A DNA stretch of 64,000 nucleotides from an uncultured Eubacteriales bacterium (GCA_900317515.1 ONHA01000015.1:2049-66048); one strand, 5' to 3'; numbered from the stretch's first letter, positions 8,673 through 19,551 are shown. Program-made: numbers and translations. The notes: generated by a model not told the origin, from the letters alone.

Positions 8673-9107
8673 TCAGTCCCCGAAGATTCCCTGCAGACTT
8701 TCCTGGCCGACCAGCTTGATGGAGGCTGCGCGGAGCACCTTCTCGGCCTTTTCTAGGTCAGCGACCTTGAGGACCGGCTAAGCCGTATCTTTCTTGCGGG
8801 TCAGGAATTACTCCAGATTGATGCCTTCCTTGCCGAGAAGGTCAAGAATTTTGGAGAGTGCGCCCGGCTCATCCTGCATCTCGATCGTCAGAACCTTTGT
8901 GATCTGGCAGACATAGCCGGCGTCTTTCAGCACGGTCATGGTGTTGTAGACATCGTCCACAATGATGCGGGCGATACCGAAATCCATCGCATCCGCCACG
9001 CACATTGCACGCATATCAACGTTGTGGTCGCAGAGGACGCCTGTCAGCTCGGCAAGCGTGCCGGGACGATTTTCAAGAAATACAGAAATCTGCTGCGTGT
9101 AAACCAT
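8673..9107 (-). pseudogene. ACT-domain protein (paaK-associated) with two in-frame stops
   Basis: QQISVFLENRPG N-terminus. The frame continues INLE*FLTRKKDTA*PVLKVADLEKAEKVL...FGD*, with stops at 8808-8810 and 8778-8780. Confidence 0.8.
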
Positions 9108-9142
9108 CTTGTTACCCTCCTTCTTTTATGAACTTCTTTAAA

Positions 9143-10450
9143 TTAACCTTTGTACAGGTTTCTTCTGTCAATGACACGGACTGCCTTGCCCTCGGAGCGA
9201 ATGATCGACTTCGGCTCCACAAGGCGGACAACCGCGTAGATGCCCAGCATGGACTTGAGTGCCGCGACAAGCTCTTTCTCGCGGGCCGTGATCTTGGACA
9301 GCTCGTCGGAGAACATTTCCGGCGTCATCTCAACGCGGACTTCGATGCTGTCGCTGTTCTTCTGACGGTCGACGATGATCTGATAGTTGGCGGCATAGCC
9401 GTGGTTCAGGAGCACGGTCTCGATCTGGCTCGGGAACACGTTGACGCCCTTGACGATCAGCATGTCGTCGGAGCGGCCGAGCGGCTTGGTCATCTTGACG
9501 AAGGTGCGGCCGCAGGAGCATTTCTCACGGGAGAGAATGCAGATGTCCTTGGTGCGGTAGCGGATGAGCGGGAACGCTTCCTTTGAGAAGGACGTGAAGA
9601 CAAGCTCACCCTTCTCGCCGTCCGGCAGGACCTCGCCGGTCTTCGGATTGATGACTTCCGCGATGAAGTAATCCTCATTGATGTGCATGCCGGTCTGCTC
9701 GGAGCACTCGAAGGAGACGCCCGGTCCGGAGATCTCGGTCAGACCGTAGATATCGTAAGCCTTGATGCCGAGCGCCTGCTCGATATCATGGCGCATCTCT
9801 TCCGTCCACGCCTCTGCGCCGAAGATGCCGGCCTTAAGGTGAATCTTGTCGCGCAGGCCTCTCTCGTTGATGGACTCAGCGAGGTATGCCGCGTAGGACG
9901 GCGTGCAGCAGATGATCGTGGACTGAAGGTCCGTCATGAACTGGATCTGGCGGTCGGTGTTGCCCGAGGACATCGGAAGCGTGAGGCTGCCGAGCTTGTG
10001 GGAGCCGCCGTTTAAGCCGGGACCGCCGGTGAAGAGGCCGTAGCCGTAGCTGACATGGACAACATCGTCCTTCGTGCCGCCGGCAGCGACCAGGGCGCGC
10101 GCGCAGCACTCTTCCCAGAGATCGATGTCATTCTGCGTGTAAAATGCAACCACGCGGCGGCCTGTCGTGCCGGATGTGCTCTGGATACGGACGCAGTCCG
10201 TAAGCGGTCTCGCCATGAGTCCGTACGGATAAGCTTCGCGAAGATCGTCCTTGGTCAGGAACGGAAGCTTGTGAAGGTCTTCCAAACCGTGGATATCATC
10301 CGGCGTCACGCCGGCTTCTTCCATCTTATTGCGGTAATACGGAACATTTTCATAAACGCGCTTCACGCAGTCGACGAGCCCTTTGCTCTGCCATTCTCTG
10401 ATCTGCTCTCTCGAAGCGGTCTCTTTTTCCGGTGAAAAATAGTTACCCAT
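9143..10450 (-). CDS. paaK: Phenylacetate-CoA ligase family protein
   Basis: STSGTTG P-loop, YDIYGLTE, PLIRYRTKD and GRSDDMLIVKGVNVFP motifs. Start set at MGNYF. Confidence 0.9.
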   Translation of the reverse strand: MGNYFSPEKETASREQIREWQSKGLVDCVKRVYENVPYYRNKMEEAGVTPDDIHGLEDLHKLPFLTKDDLREAYPYGLMARPLTDCVRIQSTSGTTGRRVVAFYTQNDIDLWEECCARALVAAGGTKDDVVHVSYGYGLFTGGPGLNGGSHKLGSLTLPMSSGNTDRQIQFMTDLQSTIICCTPSYAAYLAESINERGLRDKIHLKAGIFGAEAWTEEMRHDIEQALGIKAYDIYGLTEISGPGVSFECSEQTGMHINEDYFIAEVINPKTGEVLPDGEKGELVFTSFSKEAFPLIRYRTKDICILSREKCSCGRTFVKMTKPLGRSDDMLIVKGVNVFPSQIETVLLNHGYAANYQIIVDRQKNSDSIEVRVEMTPEMFSDELSKITAREKELVAALKSMLGIYAVVRLVEPKSIIRSEGKAVRVIDRRNLYKG

Positions 10451-10586
10451 ACGACATTTCTCCTCTCGTTGCACAAAAAAAATCATTTAAGCCGTAACGC
10501 TTTCCATCTATAATAGCACGACTGAGAGTGAAATGCCACAAAAATTTTAGCGCTTTACCGCATTAAATTGCATTTATTTAACTTGT

Positions 10587-13500
10587 TTACAGCTGTCTGA
10601 ACTCCACCTCAAAGTGGATCGGCCGCTCCGCCGTCGGTATATACTCCGGAAGCGGTCTGGCTCCCCAGCTGTCGTCTCCTCCGACACCCATCTGCGTCAG
10701 GGAGACACGCACGAACGTGTAACGTGGGGCCGGCAGCTCGCTGGCATGTTCCACCGTCTCAAGCATCTGTGCGCTGTAGGGGATCGCCTGGAAGTTCATG
10801 GTCTCACCCGTGAGCGGGTTCGCCGAGTTGATCGACGTCAGTGTCTGGGTTCCCTGTTTCCATCCCGGGACACTGAAGATAAGGCCTCTGCCCTTCTTAT
10901 CCTGCACCAGAGCCCAGCGCACGCCGGTCCTGTTGCCGCACTCCTGCGGTTTTAAATACGGTTCGACATTGTCGGCCACTCTGCCGTTGAATACACCGAG
11001 CTTCGCGCCCATGTTCCGGTCGCAGTAGTTCTCCTCCGGGCCAAGCCCGTACCAGGCCATGCGGTCATAATCCGCCTCCATGCGGAACAGCAGGCCGAAT
11101 CCGGGCAGAGGCGGCAGATTCTTTCCCGCCTCCATATCAAGAAGGATCCGCACCGTCCCGTTCGGAAAGACAAGGTATGTCATCAGGATCGGAAGGTCGT
11201 CCAGCGACGGCAGGAATTTTCTGAAGCAGATCTCAAAATAATCCTCTGACTCCTTTATCTTCGGATACTCGTCGTGGTCTTCATTTTCCTTATTAAGCGG
11301 CATTGTCGAGGCGTAGAGGCTCGCAAGCTTCCATGCGGAGAGCCGTTCCGGCATGCGCCAGCCCCGGTCATTGTCCGTCGGAGCCCGCCAGAAATCAGCC
11401 CTCGGCGGTGCGTTCAGATATTCGATATCGCCGCAGCGGTAGGAGACGAGATTTCCATCCCTGAGTGAGAAGAGGACTTCAAAATGGTCCCCGACAACCC
11501 CGATGTTGAAATCGCCCCGAACCACGGTAAGGCCCGGCCTTTTGCGCTCAAACCGCACTCTCTCCCGCTCCGTCAGCCGATGCTCTTCGCGTCCGTTGAT
11601 GAGGTAAGCCGACTGGCCGAACGCGACCTCATGGCCCTTTCCGGCCCACGGCTTGTCCTCCTTCAGGGTCATCGACACGGTAAAGACATACTCTCCGGGC
11701 TCTTCCCAGCGGACCGGCGGCAGTCTGAAGGTCTCCCTCGAGAGCGGCGGGACATTGATTTCCGGGTGAAGTTCCTGATAGATAACTCCTTCCTTTTCCA
11801 GCCTCACCGTACAGTCAAAGCGGTCGGTTCCGATAAACAGGTTTCGGTTCTCAACCGTAAATGTCCTCGGCCCCACCTCGATCGAGATGTTCTGATAGAG
11901 GTACCTGACCTCCTGCATCTTCCCATAGGGCTTCCGGTCAGCCGTGAGAAGGCCGTTGCCGCTGAAGTTCCGGTCGTTCGGCCGGTCGCCAAAGTCACCG
12001 CCGTACGCCAGGTATTCATTTCCGAGACAGTCCTTCTGATAGATGGCCTGGTCGATAAAGTCCCAGATAAACCCGCCCTGATAGCGCGGCCTTTTCTCCG
12101 CGAGCTCCGTGTACTTGTACAGCCCTCCGTTGGAGTTCCCCATCGAGTGGCTCATCTCGCAGGAAATGAACGGCTTCTCCGGATGTGTGTCCAGCCATTT
12201 TTCGATGTCCTTTGCAGGCATGTACATACGGCTCACCATATCGGACGTGTCCGGATACCGCGGATCGTTTGCGATCCCCTCGTAGTGCACGAGCCGGTCG
12301 GGGTCGTGGGTGCGGAAGCGGTTCGCCATCTCATTTGCCACATAACCGCCGAAGGACTCATTGCCGATCGACCAGATGAGGATCGAGGGGTGGTTTCTGA
12401 GCAGGCGGCAGGTCGAGTCGACCCGGTCCAGCAGCATCGGCAGGTACTCGATGTGGTCGCCCGGCAGGACAGCCTCCTTCGGCTGCTTCCCCATCAGATA
12501 GGGAACCCAGGTTCCATGGGTCTCCATGTTGTTCTCGGCCATCACATAGATGCCGAAGAAATCGCAGATCCGGTATATATAGAAGGCATTCACATAGTGA
12601 CTCGTACGGAGCGCATTGATGTTGTTCCGCTTCATCACCGCGATGTCGTTGACCGCCTCCGCAAAATTGGGCACGCGTCCCCTCTTCGCGCTCCACTCAT
12701 GCCGGTTCACGCCCTTAAAGACGATCCTCTTCCCGTTGAGGCACATAAGACCGTCCTTCATCTCAAAGCGCCGGAAGCCGATCTCGAGGCCGGCCGCCTC
12801 GACGACCCGCCCGGACGCGTCCAGGACCTCCAGAAAGAGGTCGTAGAGCTGCGGATCCTCCGCGCTCCAGAGGATCGGCCTGTCGATGGTCTTCTTGATG
12901 ATCGTCTTCTCCCGGATCGGCACTTCCATGTCGAGCACCCGGGTCTGTCCGTGCTTTAAGATGATGTGCAGGCGCCCCTGATAGCGCTGCTTTGCTCCCG
13001 GGTTTTCATTTTCCCCGGGATAAGGGACATGGAAATCCGCCCTCACCGAGAAGTTTCCGACCGCAAGATTCCTGGTCGGAATTGCCTTCACCCTGAGGTC
13101 AAAGATATGAAGGGCCGGCACCTCATAGAGATAGACGTCCCTGAATATGCCAGAAAAGCGGAAAAAGTCCTGGTCCTCAAACCAGCTGCCGCTCGTCCAT
13201 TTGTAGACCTGGATCGCAAGCCGGTTCCAGCCCTCCTTCACGTAGGGCGTGAGTTCAAATTCGGAAGGCGTGAAGGAATCCTCGCTGTAGCCCACGAACT
13301 CCCCGTTCAGCCAGAGGGAGAAGCCGCTCTCCACACCGCGGAAGGAAATGAAAACCCTGTTTCCGTTCCACCTCTCCGGTATGCGGATATCCCGCACATA
13401 GCTTCCGACCGGATTCGTAGTCACGGGCGCCTTCCCGCGGGGCACATCCTCGTGGCCGTCCCAGGGGTACTGAACATTCACATACTGGGGCTTTCCGAAG

Positions 13501-13838
13501 CCCTCCATCTCGATATGGGCGGGCACATAGATGTCATCCCAGCCCGAGACATCAAAATCTTCAGCAAAAAAGCCGGGAATGACAGCATCCCGGTTTTTTG
13601 CATAATGGAATTTATAAAAGCCGTTAAGACTAAGCCTCATCGAGGAAAAGAAGGTCTCGTCAACCGATCGCTTCATATCTTCCCCGGCAGCGGCTCTCTT
13701 AAGGCAGTCTTTCAGCATCATACCGGCGCGAAGCATCTCGTTCATATCGGTGTAGACGACATGGTCGGAATGAGCCGGAAGTGCATTGATTTTGTATATA
13801 TGCGGGTCAGAAAGCATCCCGTAATCAAAGTCCATCAT
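10587..13838 (-). CDS. lacZ: GH2 beta-galactosidase
   Basis: KGVNRHE, RTSHY, WSIGNES (acid/base), CEMSHSMGNS (nucleophile) and C-terminal GVGGDDSWG motifs. Confidence 0.93.
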   Translation of the reverse strand: MMDFDYGMLSDPHIYKINALPAHSDHVVYTDMNEMLRAGMMLKDCLKRAAAGEDMKRSVDETFFSSMRLSLNGFYKFHYAKNRDAVIPGFFAEDFDVSGWDDIYVPAHIEMEGFGKPQYVNVQYPWDGHEDVPRGKAPVTTNPVGSYVRDIRIPERWNGNRVFISFRGVESGFSLWLNGEFVGYSEDSFTPSEFELTPYVKEGWNRLAIQVYKWTSGSWFEDQDFFRFSGIFRDVYLYEVPALHIFDLRVKAIPTRNLAVGNFSVRADFHVPYPGENENPGAKQRYQGRLHIILKHGQTRVLDMEVPIREKTIIKKTIDRPILWSAEDPQLYDLFLEVLDASGRVVEAAGLEIGFRRFEMKDGLMCLNGKRIVFKGVNRHEWSAKRGRVPNFAEAVNDIAVMKRNNINALRTSHYVNAFYIYRICDFFGIYVMAENNMETHGTWVPYLMGKQPKEAVLPGDHIEYLPMLLDRVDSTCRLLRNHPSILIWSIGNESFGGYVANEMANRFRTHDPDRLVHYEGIANDPRYPDTSDMVSRMYMPAKDIEKWLDTHPEKPFISCEMSHSMGNSNGGLYKYTELAEKRPRYQGGFIWDFIDQAIYQKDCLGNEYLAYGGDFGDRPNDRNFSGNGLLTADRKPYGKMQEVRYLYQNISIEVGPRTFTVENRNLFIGTDRFDCTVRLEKEGVIYQELHPEINVPPLSRETFRLPPVRWEEPGEYVFTVSMTLKEDKPWAGKGHEVAFGQSAYLINGREEHRLTERERVRFERKRPGLTVVRGDFNIGVVGDHFEVLFSLRDGNLVSYRCGDIEYLNAPPRADFWRAPTDNDRGWRMPERLSAWKLASLYASTMPLNKENEDHDEYPKIKESEDYFEICFRKFLPSLDDLPILMTYLVFPNGTVRILLDMEAGKNLPPLPGFGLLFRMEADYDRMAWYGLGPEENYCDRNMGAKLGVFNGRVADNVEPYLKPQECGNRTGVRWALVQDKKGRGLIFSVPGWKQGTQTLTSINSANPLTGETMNFQAIPYSAQMLETVEHASELPAPRYTFVRVSLTQMGVGGDDSWGARPLPEYIPTAERPIHFEVEFRQL

Positions 13839-13851
13839 ACAGTACTCCGTA

Positions 13852-14310
13852 TCAGTTCAGCTTAAAATTCTCCGGCAGCAGCTCCCTGAGCTGATATACC
13901 TTCCTCTCCGTATGGCTTTTTGCCAGAATGACCATAAACTCAGGACCGCAGAATTCCGTCATGACCTGCCGGCAGACACCGCAGGGCGGACAGTAATCCG
14001 TCACATTCCCATCAGGTCCGCCGACGACCGCGATCGCCTCGAATTTTCTGCATCCGTCCGCAACCGCATTGAAAAATGCAGTCCTCTCCGCGCAGCAGGT
14101 GGGCGAATAAGCTGCATTTTCCACATTGCAGCCGGTGTAAATCTTCCCGTTTCTCCCGAGGAGCGCGGCGCCTACCGTAAAATGACTGTAGGGTGCATAG
14201 GCCCGCCGCATCATGTCAAATGCAAACCGCACAAGCGTATCCGCCGTCTGCCCTTTCTCCAGCGTCTTCTGCCGGAGCTGCTCCTCGAGCCTCATCCTTG
14301 CTTCGTTCAT
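13852..14310 (-). CDS. cdd: Cytidine deaminase
   Basis: AYAPYSHFTVGAA, CAER and PCGVCRQ motifs. Confidence 0.95.
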   Translation of the reverse strand: MNEARMRLEEQLRQKTLEKGQTADTLVRFAFDMMRRAYAPYSHFTVGAALLGRNGKIYTGCNVENAAYSPTCCAERTAFFNAVADGCRKFEAIAVVGGPDGNVTDYCPPCGVCRQVMTEFCGPEFMVILAKSHTERKVYQLRELLPENFKLN

Positions 14311-15005
14311 TCTGCCTGCACTCCGTTTTCCAGATTCTTGAGATAGAGCCTGATGAGCCTGCTCGTGCCGAGCCGCTCCGCACCGAATTTAAGGTACAGT
14401 TCCGCCTCCTCCATGGTGCGGATGCCGCCTGCCGCCTTGATCTTCACGCCCTCCCCGATGTGCTCCTTAAAGAGAGCCACATCCGGGAACGTAGCGCCGC
14501 CCGCCTGGAAGCCCGTGGAGGTCTTGATGTAGTCCGCCTTTGCCTCGGTGACCGCCTCGCACATGCGGATCTTCTCCTCCTCCGTGAGCAGGCAGGCTTC
14601 CACGATCACCTTAAGGATCCGGTCTCCGCAGACCGCCTTGACCGCCTTGATCTCCTTCACGACCTCGTCGCTGCGTCCGTCCTTTACCCAGCCGATGTTG
14701 ATGACCATATCGATCTCATCCGCACCGTTCAAAACCGCGTCGGAAGCCTCGAACACCTTGGCAGCCGTCGTCGCATACCCGTTCGGGAATCCGATCACGG
14801 TGGTGATTCTGATCCTGTTCCCGACATAGGACTTTACATGCTTCACATAGGCGGGCGCGACACAGACCGAGGCCGCCTCACAGGCGATCGCCTCGTCGCA
14901 CAGTTTCTGAATATCGCTCCATGTCGCCGTCGGAGAGAGCTCCGTATGGTCGACATGGCGAAGAATTTCCTTTACATCCAACGTTTTATCCTCCGTTCGC
15001 CTCAA
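14307..15005 (-). CDS. deoC: Deoxyribose-phosphate aldolase
   Basis: DHTEL, TVIGFPNG, IKTSTGF and IKAAGGI motifs. Confidence 0.96.
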   Translation of the reverse strand: MRRTEDKTLDVKEILRHVDHTELSPTATWSDIQKLCDEAIACEAASVCVAPAYVKHVKSYVGNRIRITTVIGFPNGYATTAAKVFEASDAVLNGADEIDMVINIGWVKDGRSDEVVKEIKAVKAVCGDRILKVIVEACLLTEEEKIRMCEAVTEAKADYIKTSTGFQAGGATFPDVALFKEHIGEGVKIKAAGGIRTMEEAELYLKFGAERLGTSRLIRLYLKNLENGVQAE

Positions 15006-15730
15006 AGCGCGACAACCGTATCAAGCGCGAGCTCCATCATCTGCTTAAAGCCCTTCTCACGGTCTTCCGAGGGAAGCGAATTGCCGGAATAGAGCTCGTC
15101 CGAGATCGTAAAGAGCGCAAGTGCATTCTTTCCGCACCGGGCGGCGTTCATATAGAGCGCTGCCGACTCCATCTCAACGCACAGGATACCCATCTTCTTC
15201 CAGTTTGCGGTCGCATTCGGATCGTCGCCGTAGAAGACATCCGACGAGAGAACGTTGCCGACCTTGAAGGGAATAGCAAGCTTCTCCGCCGTCTTCACCG
15301 TCTCCGAGAGGAGCTTCCAGCTTGCAAGCGGCGCAAATGTGCCGGCAAGCCCGTACTGGTGAGCCCAGTTCGAATCCGTCGACGCCCCCTGGGCGATCAC
15401 GATATCCATCACGTGGACATTCTCGTTCACGGCGCCTGCCGACCCGATCCGGATCAGGTTCTCGCAGCCGTAAAAATTCATGAGCTCGTAGGAGTAGATG
15501 CCAATGGAGGGCATGCCCATGCCGGTACCCATGACGGAGACTCTGCGCCCCTTCCATTCGCCCGTAAAGCCGAGGATGTTGCGCACGCCTGTTACAAGCT
15601 TTGCATTTTCAAGAAAGTTCTCTGCGATAAACTTCGCTCTGAGCGGATCGCCCGGAAGCAGGACCGTCTCGGCGAAATCGCCCGCTTTTGCCGCGATATG
15701 CGGGGTCGGAATGTTATTGTTGTCTCCCAT
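15002..15730 (-). CDS. deoD: Purine nucleoside phosphorylase, DeoD type
   Basis: TPHIAA, LLPGDPLRAKFIAE, GMGMPSIGIY and VEMES motifs. Confidence 0.96.
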   Translation of the reverse strand: MGDNNNIPTPHIAAKAGDFAETVLLPGDPLRAKFIAENFLENAKLVTGVRNILGFTGEWKGRRVSVMGTGMGMPSIGIYSYELMNFYGCENLIRIGSAGAVNENVHVMDIVIAQGASTDSNWAHQYGLAGTFAPLASWKLLSETVKTAEKLAIPFKVGNVLSSDVFYGDDPNATANWKKMGILCVEMESAALYMNAARCGKNALALFTISDELYSGNSLPSEDREKGFKQMMELALDTVVAL

Positions 15731-15742
15731 GCTCAAATCCTC

Positions 15743-16510
15743 CTATGCTTTCATAAGAAGCCGTATTGCCTCTACAGCGGTCTTTATAGCAGCGTTCGTG
15801 TCATGTACGACAGGGTTTTCAAGTCCGGCCTTTGCGCGTTCCTGGTTAGCCATCACGAGAAAGACGGAGCCGATGCGGACACGGTGGAAGGATCCGGCGA
15901 TAAAGAGCGCCGCGCTCTCCATCTCCGAGGCGAGGCAGCCCATCCTCTTCCATGCCTCCCACTTGTTCTCGAGTTCGTAGGATACAGGCATGATCTCCGG
16001 CATGTGCTGGCCGTAAAATGCATCCTTGCACTGCACGACGCCGACATGATACGGAAATGAAAGACTCTTCGCCGCCTCAATGAGCGCCGCCGTCACCTCA
16101 AAGTCCGGCACCGCCGGATACTCGATCGGCGCGTACTCTCTTGACGTGCCTTCCATGCGCACCGCACCGTTTGCGATGATTATGTCCCCGCTCCTCACGT
16201 CCGTCTGCATGCCGCCGCAGGTCCCGACCCGAAGGAACGTCTTCGCGCCGCAGCGCACCAGCTCCTCCAGCGCAATCGAGGCGGACGGACCGCCGATACC
16301 GGTCGAGGTCACGGACACCTTCTTTCCGTCGAGAGTGCCCGTGTAGGTCTTGAACTCCCGGTTGTAGGCAACAAGTTTCGGTTCATCAAAATAGCTCGCA
16401 ATCAGATCGCAGCGCCCGGGATCTCCCGGAAGGATCACATACTCCCCGACTTCGCCCGGCGCGACCTGAATGTGGTACTGTTTTTCAGGATTGAAAGAAT
16501 AGTTAATCAT
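15743..16510 (-). CDS. udp: Uridine phosphorylase
   Basis: [29 protein letters not shown] and SEMESA motifs. Confidence 0.95.
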   Translation of the reverse strand: MINYSFNPEKQYHIQVAPGEVGEYVILPGDPGRCDLIASYFDEPKLVAYNREFKTYTGTLDGKKVSVTSTGIGGPSASIALEELVRCGAKTFLRVGTCGGMQTDVRSGDIIIANGAVRMEGTSREYAPIEYPAVPDFEVTAALIEAAKSLSFPYHVGVVQCKDAFYGQHMPEIMPVSYELENKWEAWKRMGCLASEMESAALFIAGSFHRVRIGSVFLVMANQERAKAGLENPVVHDTNAAIKTAVEAIRLLMKA

Positions 16511-16590
16511 ACGAGGTCCTCCCTTATTGGACATATTTTACCACATTTTCCCCGGCAAGTCTCTTATTTCTGTGAATATTCACCGTTTTT

Positions 16591-17226
16591 TCATAAACCG
16601 TTCTTTTCACAGATGTCCGCAAGGCAGCACTTGTCGCAGAAGGGCTTTGTTCTCGCGGTGCAGACCGCCCTTCCGTGGAGCACGAGCCTGTGGCAGAAGT
16701 TGTTTCCCTCCTCCGGAGGCACGATCTTCCACAGCGCCATCTCCACCTTCTTCGGATCCTTTACGCCATCCACAAGGCCGATCCGGTTGGAAAGGCGGAT
16801 ACAGTGGGTGTCCGTCACGATCGCCGGCTTGCCGAAGACATCGCCCATGATGAGGTTGGCGCTTTTCCGACCGACTCCCGGAAGCTTTAAGAGCTCGTCG
16901 AAATCTCCGGGCACCCTGTCATGGTACTTCTCATGGAGGATCTTCATGCAGGCCGAGATGTCCCTGGCCTTGCTCCGCCCGAGCCCGCAGGGTCTCACGA
17001 TCTCCTCGATCTCCTCCGGCGAGGCCGCCGCGAGCGAGGCCACATCGGGATATTTTGCGTAGAGATCCTCCACGACCACGTTGACGCGGGCATCCGTGCA
17101 CTGGGCCGCCAGCCGCACCGAGACGAGGAGCTTCCAGGCTTCATCATAGTCCAGTGTGCAGTCCGCATCCGGGTATTCATTTTTAAGGCGCTCTATCGCA
17201 GAAAGAGCCAGTTTCTTCTTATCCAT
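16591..17226 (-). CDS. nth: Endonuclease III
   Basis: HhH motif LPGVGRKSAN, VTDTH and C-terminal Fe-S cysteines. Confidence 0.95.
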   Translation of the reverse strand: MDKKKLALSAIERLKNEYPDADCTLDYDEAWKLLVSVRLAAQCTDARVNVVVEDLYAKYPDVASLAAASPEEIEEIVRPCGLGRSKARDISACMKILHEKYHDRVPGDFDELLKLPGVGRKSANLIMGDVFGKPAIVTDTHCIRLSNRIGLVDGVKDPKKVEMALWKIVPPEEGNNFCHRLVLHGRAVCTARTKPFCDKCCLADICEKNGL

Positions 17227-17283
17227 ATACTCTTCTCCCTTAAAGAAATAAGGCCCGCTCACATCCATGGAGCGGGCTTACGC

Positions 17284-18219
17284 TTACAACAGGCCGTAGC
17301 GCTTTTGGATCTCCTCGGCAGCCATCTTATAGGCCGGCATCGGAACATGATACTCTTCTCCGAGGCGGAGCACCTCCCCGATCAGAGAATCGATCTCCGA
17401 CGGCTTTCCCGCCTCGATGTCCCGCTGGAGCGACGTCGAGGCCGTCGGCTTCAGCGTATTCATGATTCTCAGGTTCTCCCTGACGAAGTCGCGGCCGAAT
17501 GGGCAGCCCATCGCATAGGCAAGAGCCATGATCTCCCTGATCATCGTCTTGAACATCTCCCTGGGCTCACCGGGCTTCTGAAAATCGCCCGCGCGGGCAC
17601 CCAGATAAAGTCCGGCCGCTGCCGCCGGCGACACATAGGAGAATTTCTCAAGGATATCGCACCTTATATTTTCGGAAAATACCGCATTGATCCCGCGGCT
17701 TACGAGGTCCTCTGCAATCTCCCTCACTCTTCGGTCGTCCTCCTTCGCATCCTGCATGCCGAATATAATCTTCAGTATGCTCCCATACTGCACAAGGACT
17801 CCGGGCTCCGCGATATTGGCGGACACATAGATAAGCCCCGCGGGAACCGTATAGTCCGGAAGAGCTTCGCTGATGCGTCTTCCTATACTGATCCCGTTGA
17901 GCAGAGGTATGATAACGGTATTCTTTTTTGCGGCATTGCGGATAAAATCGTAGCATCCTTCAAGGGAATAATCCTTGACACACAAAAATATAACATCCGG
18001 ACGCTCGGAATAGTGGTCCATGTCGGTAGCTTTTATATGCATGCATTCGGATGTCTCGTCCCAGAGCCTGCGGATGGTGAGCCCGTTCGCCCGGATCGCT
18101 CGAAGGTGCTCCCCCCGGGCGATCAGCGTCACATAAAGCCCGGCTTTGGACATCGCATGGGCGAGAACGCCGCCGGTTCCCCCGGCTCCGATAATCAAAT
18201 AATTAAACTTTCTGGCCAT
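17284..18219 (-). CDS. panE: Ketopantoate reductase family protein
   Basis: GAGGTGG, LCVKDY, LLNG and SLQRDIEAGKPSEID motifs. Confidence 0.85.
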   Translation of the reverse strand: MARKFNYLIIGAGGTGGVLAHAMSKAGLYVTLIARGEHLRAIRANGLTIRRLWDETSECMHIKATDMDHYSERPDVIFLCVKDYSLEGCYDFIRNAAKKNTVIIPLLNGISIGRRISEALPDYTVPAGLIYVSANIAEPGVLVQYGSILKIIFGMQDAKEDDRRVREIAEDLVSRGINAVFSENIRCDILEKFSYVSPAAAAGLYLGARAGDFQKPGEPREMFKTMIREIMALAYAMGCPFGRDFVRENLRIMNTLKPTASTSLQRDIEAGKPSEIDSLIGEVLRLGEEYHVPMPAYKMAAEEIQKRYGLL

Positions 18220-18425
18220 AACGCCGTTCCACTGCTTTCTTTAGGTATTACAATAATATTTTAATACTATTTTACCCTGTAGTAAAGAGCAAGCAGACGG
18301 AAAATAGATATCCATAAAAAAAACAGCACAAATACCTATACATTCCTCACAAAAGCACACTTGTAAATCCTCTCTTTTCCATATAAAATAGACATATAAA
18401 AACAGATAAAAAGGAGGTTTCACAC

Positions 18426-19532
18426 ATGGAAACAAGGCCTTATGTATCATGGGAACTGATGAACAGCTTTATGATCGATGTATTCAGGAAGTACGGTGTC
18501 CCTGAGGAAGATGCTAAGATTTGTGCCGACGTCCTCCTCGAAAGTGACCGCCGCGGCATCGAGAGCCACGGCTGCAACCGCTTCAAGCCGATCTACCTCG
18601 ACCGCATTGAAAACGGCACACTGCTCCCCGTCACGAAGATGGACATCCTGAAAGACACCCCCACGACCGTCGTCATGGATGCCAACAACGGCATGGGCAT
18701 GGTTGCCTCCTACCACATGATGGAAATGCTGATCGAGAAGGCGAAAAAATACGGCATGGCCGGCGGCGCGATCATGAACTCCACCCACTACGGCATCGCG
18801 GGCTACTGGACCACCATGGCCGAGAAGGCCGGCATGATCGGCATCACCGGCACCAATGCCCGCCCCTCCGTCGCTCCGACCTTCGGTGTGGAGCCCATGA
18901 TGGGCACCAATCCGCTGACCTTTACTATGCCGACCGACGAGGAATTCCCCTTCAATTTTGACTGCGCAACCTCCATCGTCCAGAACGGCAAGATCGAGTT
19001 CTATGAAAGAAGCGGCAAGCCGACACCGGCAGGCGTCGTCATCACGAAGGACGGCGGCACGATGACCGAGTCCGGCGAGATCTTAAAGGAAATGCGCCGG
19101 GGCAACTGCGCTCTCCTGCCTCTCGGCGGCGCCGGCGAGGAAACCGGCGGCTTCAAGGGCTACGGCTTCACAACGATCGTGGAGATCCTCTCCGCGGCTC
19201 TCGCAGGCGGCCCCTTCATGAAGGAACTCTCAGGCAAGAATCCGGACGGCACGAACAAGATGTACCGCCTCGGCCATTTCTTCTTCGTGATCAACCCCGA
19301 GTTCTTCATGGGGCTCGACACCTTCAGGAAGACAGCCGGCGACATCTGCCGCGAACTTCGCGCTTCCGAAAAAGCTCCGGGCGCCGAGCGGATCTACACC
19401 GCCGGCGAGAAGGAGTGGGAGGCATGGCAGGACCGCAAGGACAAGGGCGTCCCGGTCGGCGAATCGATCCAGAAGGAGCTCATCGGCCTTCGCGACAGGT
19501 TCGGTCTCGACTATACGTTCCCGTTCGAGTGA
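18426..19532 (+). CDS. Ldh_2 family (malate/L-lactate-type) oxidoreductase
   Basis: RGIESHG, STHYGIAG, GTNPL, DCATS and KGYG motifs. Confidence 0.9.
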   Translation: METRPYVSWELMNSFMIDVFRKYGVPEEDAKICADVLLESDRRGIESHGCNRFKPIYLDRIENGTLLPVTKMDILKDTPTTVVMDANNGMGMVASYHMMEMLIEKAKKYGMAGGAIMNSTHYGIAGYWTTMAEKAGMIGITGTNARPSVAPTFGVEPMMGTNPLTFTMPTDEEFPFNFDCATSIVQNGKIEFYERSGKPTPAGVVITKDGGTMTESGEILKEMRRGNCALLPLGGAGEETGGFKGYGFTTIVEILSAALAGGPFMKELSGKNPDGTNKMYRLGHFFFVINPEFFMGLDTFRKTAGDICRELRASEKAPGAERIYTAGEKEWEAWQDRKDKGVPVGESIQKELIGLRDRFGLDYTFPFE

Positions 19533-19551
19533 GTACTGAATATTCTGAAAA

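Noticed and set aside
8778-8810. Stop-codon reassignment or readthrough in the ACT gene
   Set aside because: TAA and TAG terminate many intact genes in the window, and indels explain both stops.
11484-13865. 491-aa and 299-aa plus-strand ORFs
   Set aside because: Antisense shadows of the GH2 gene.
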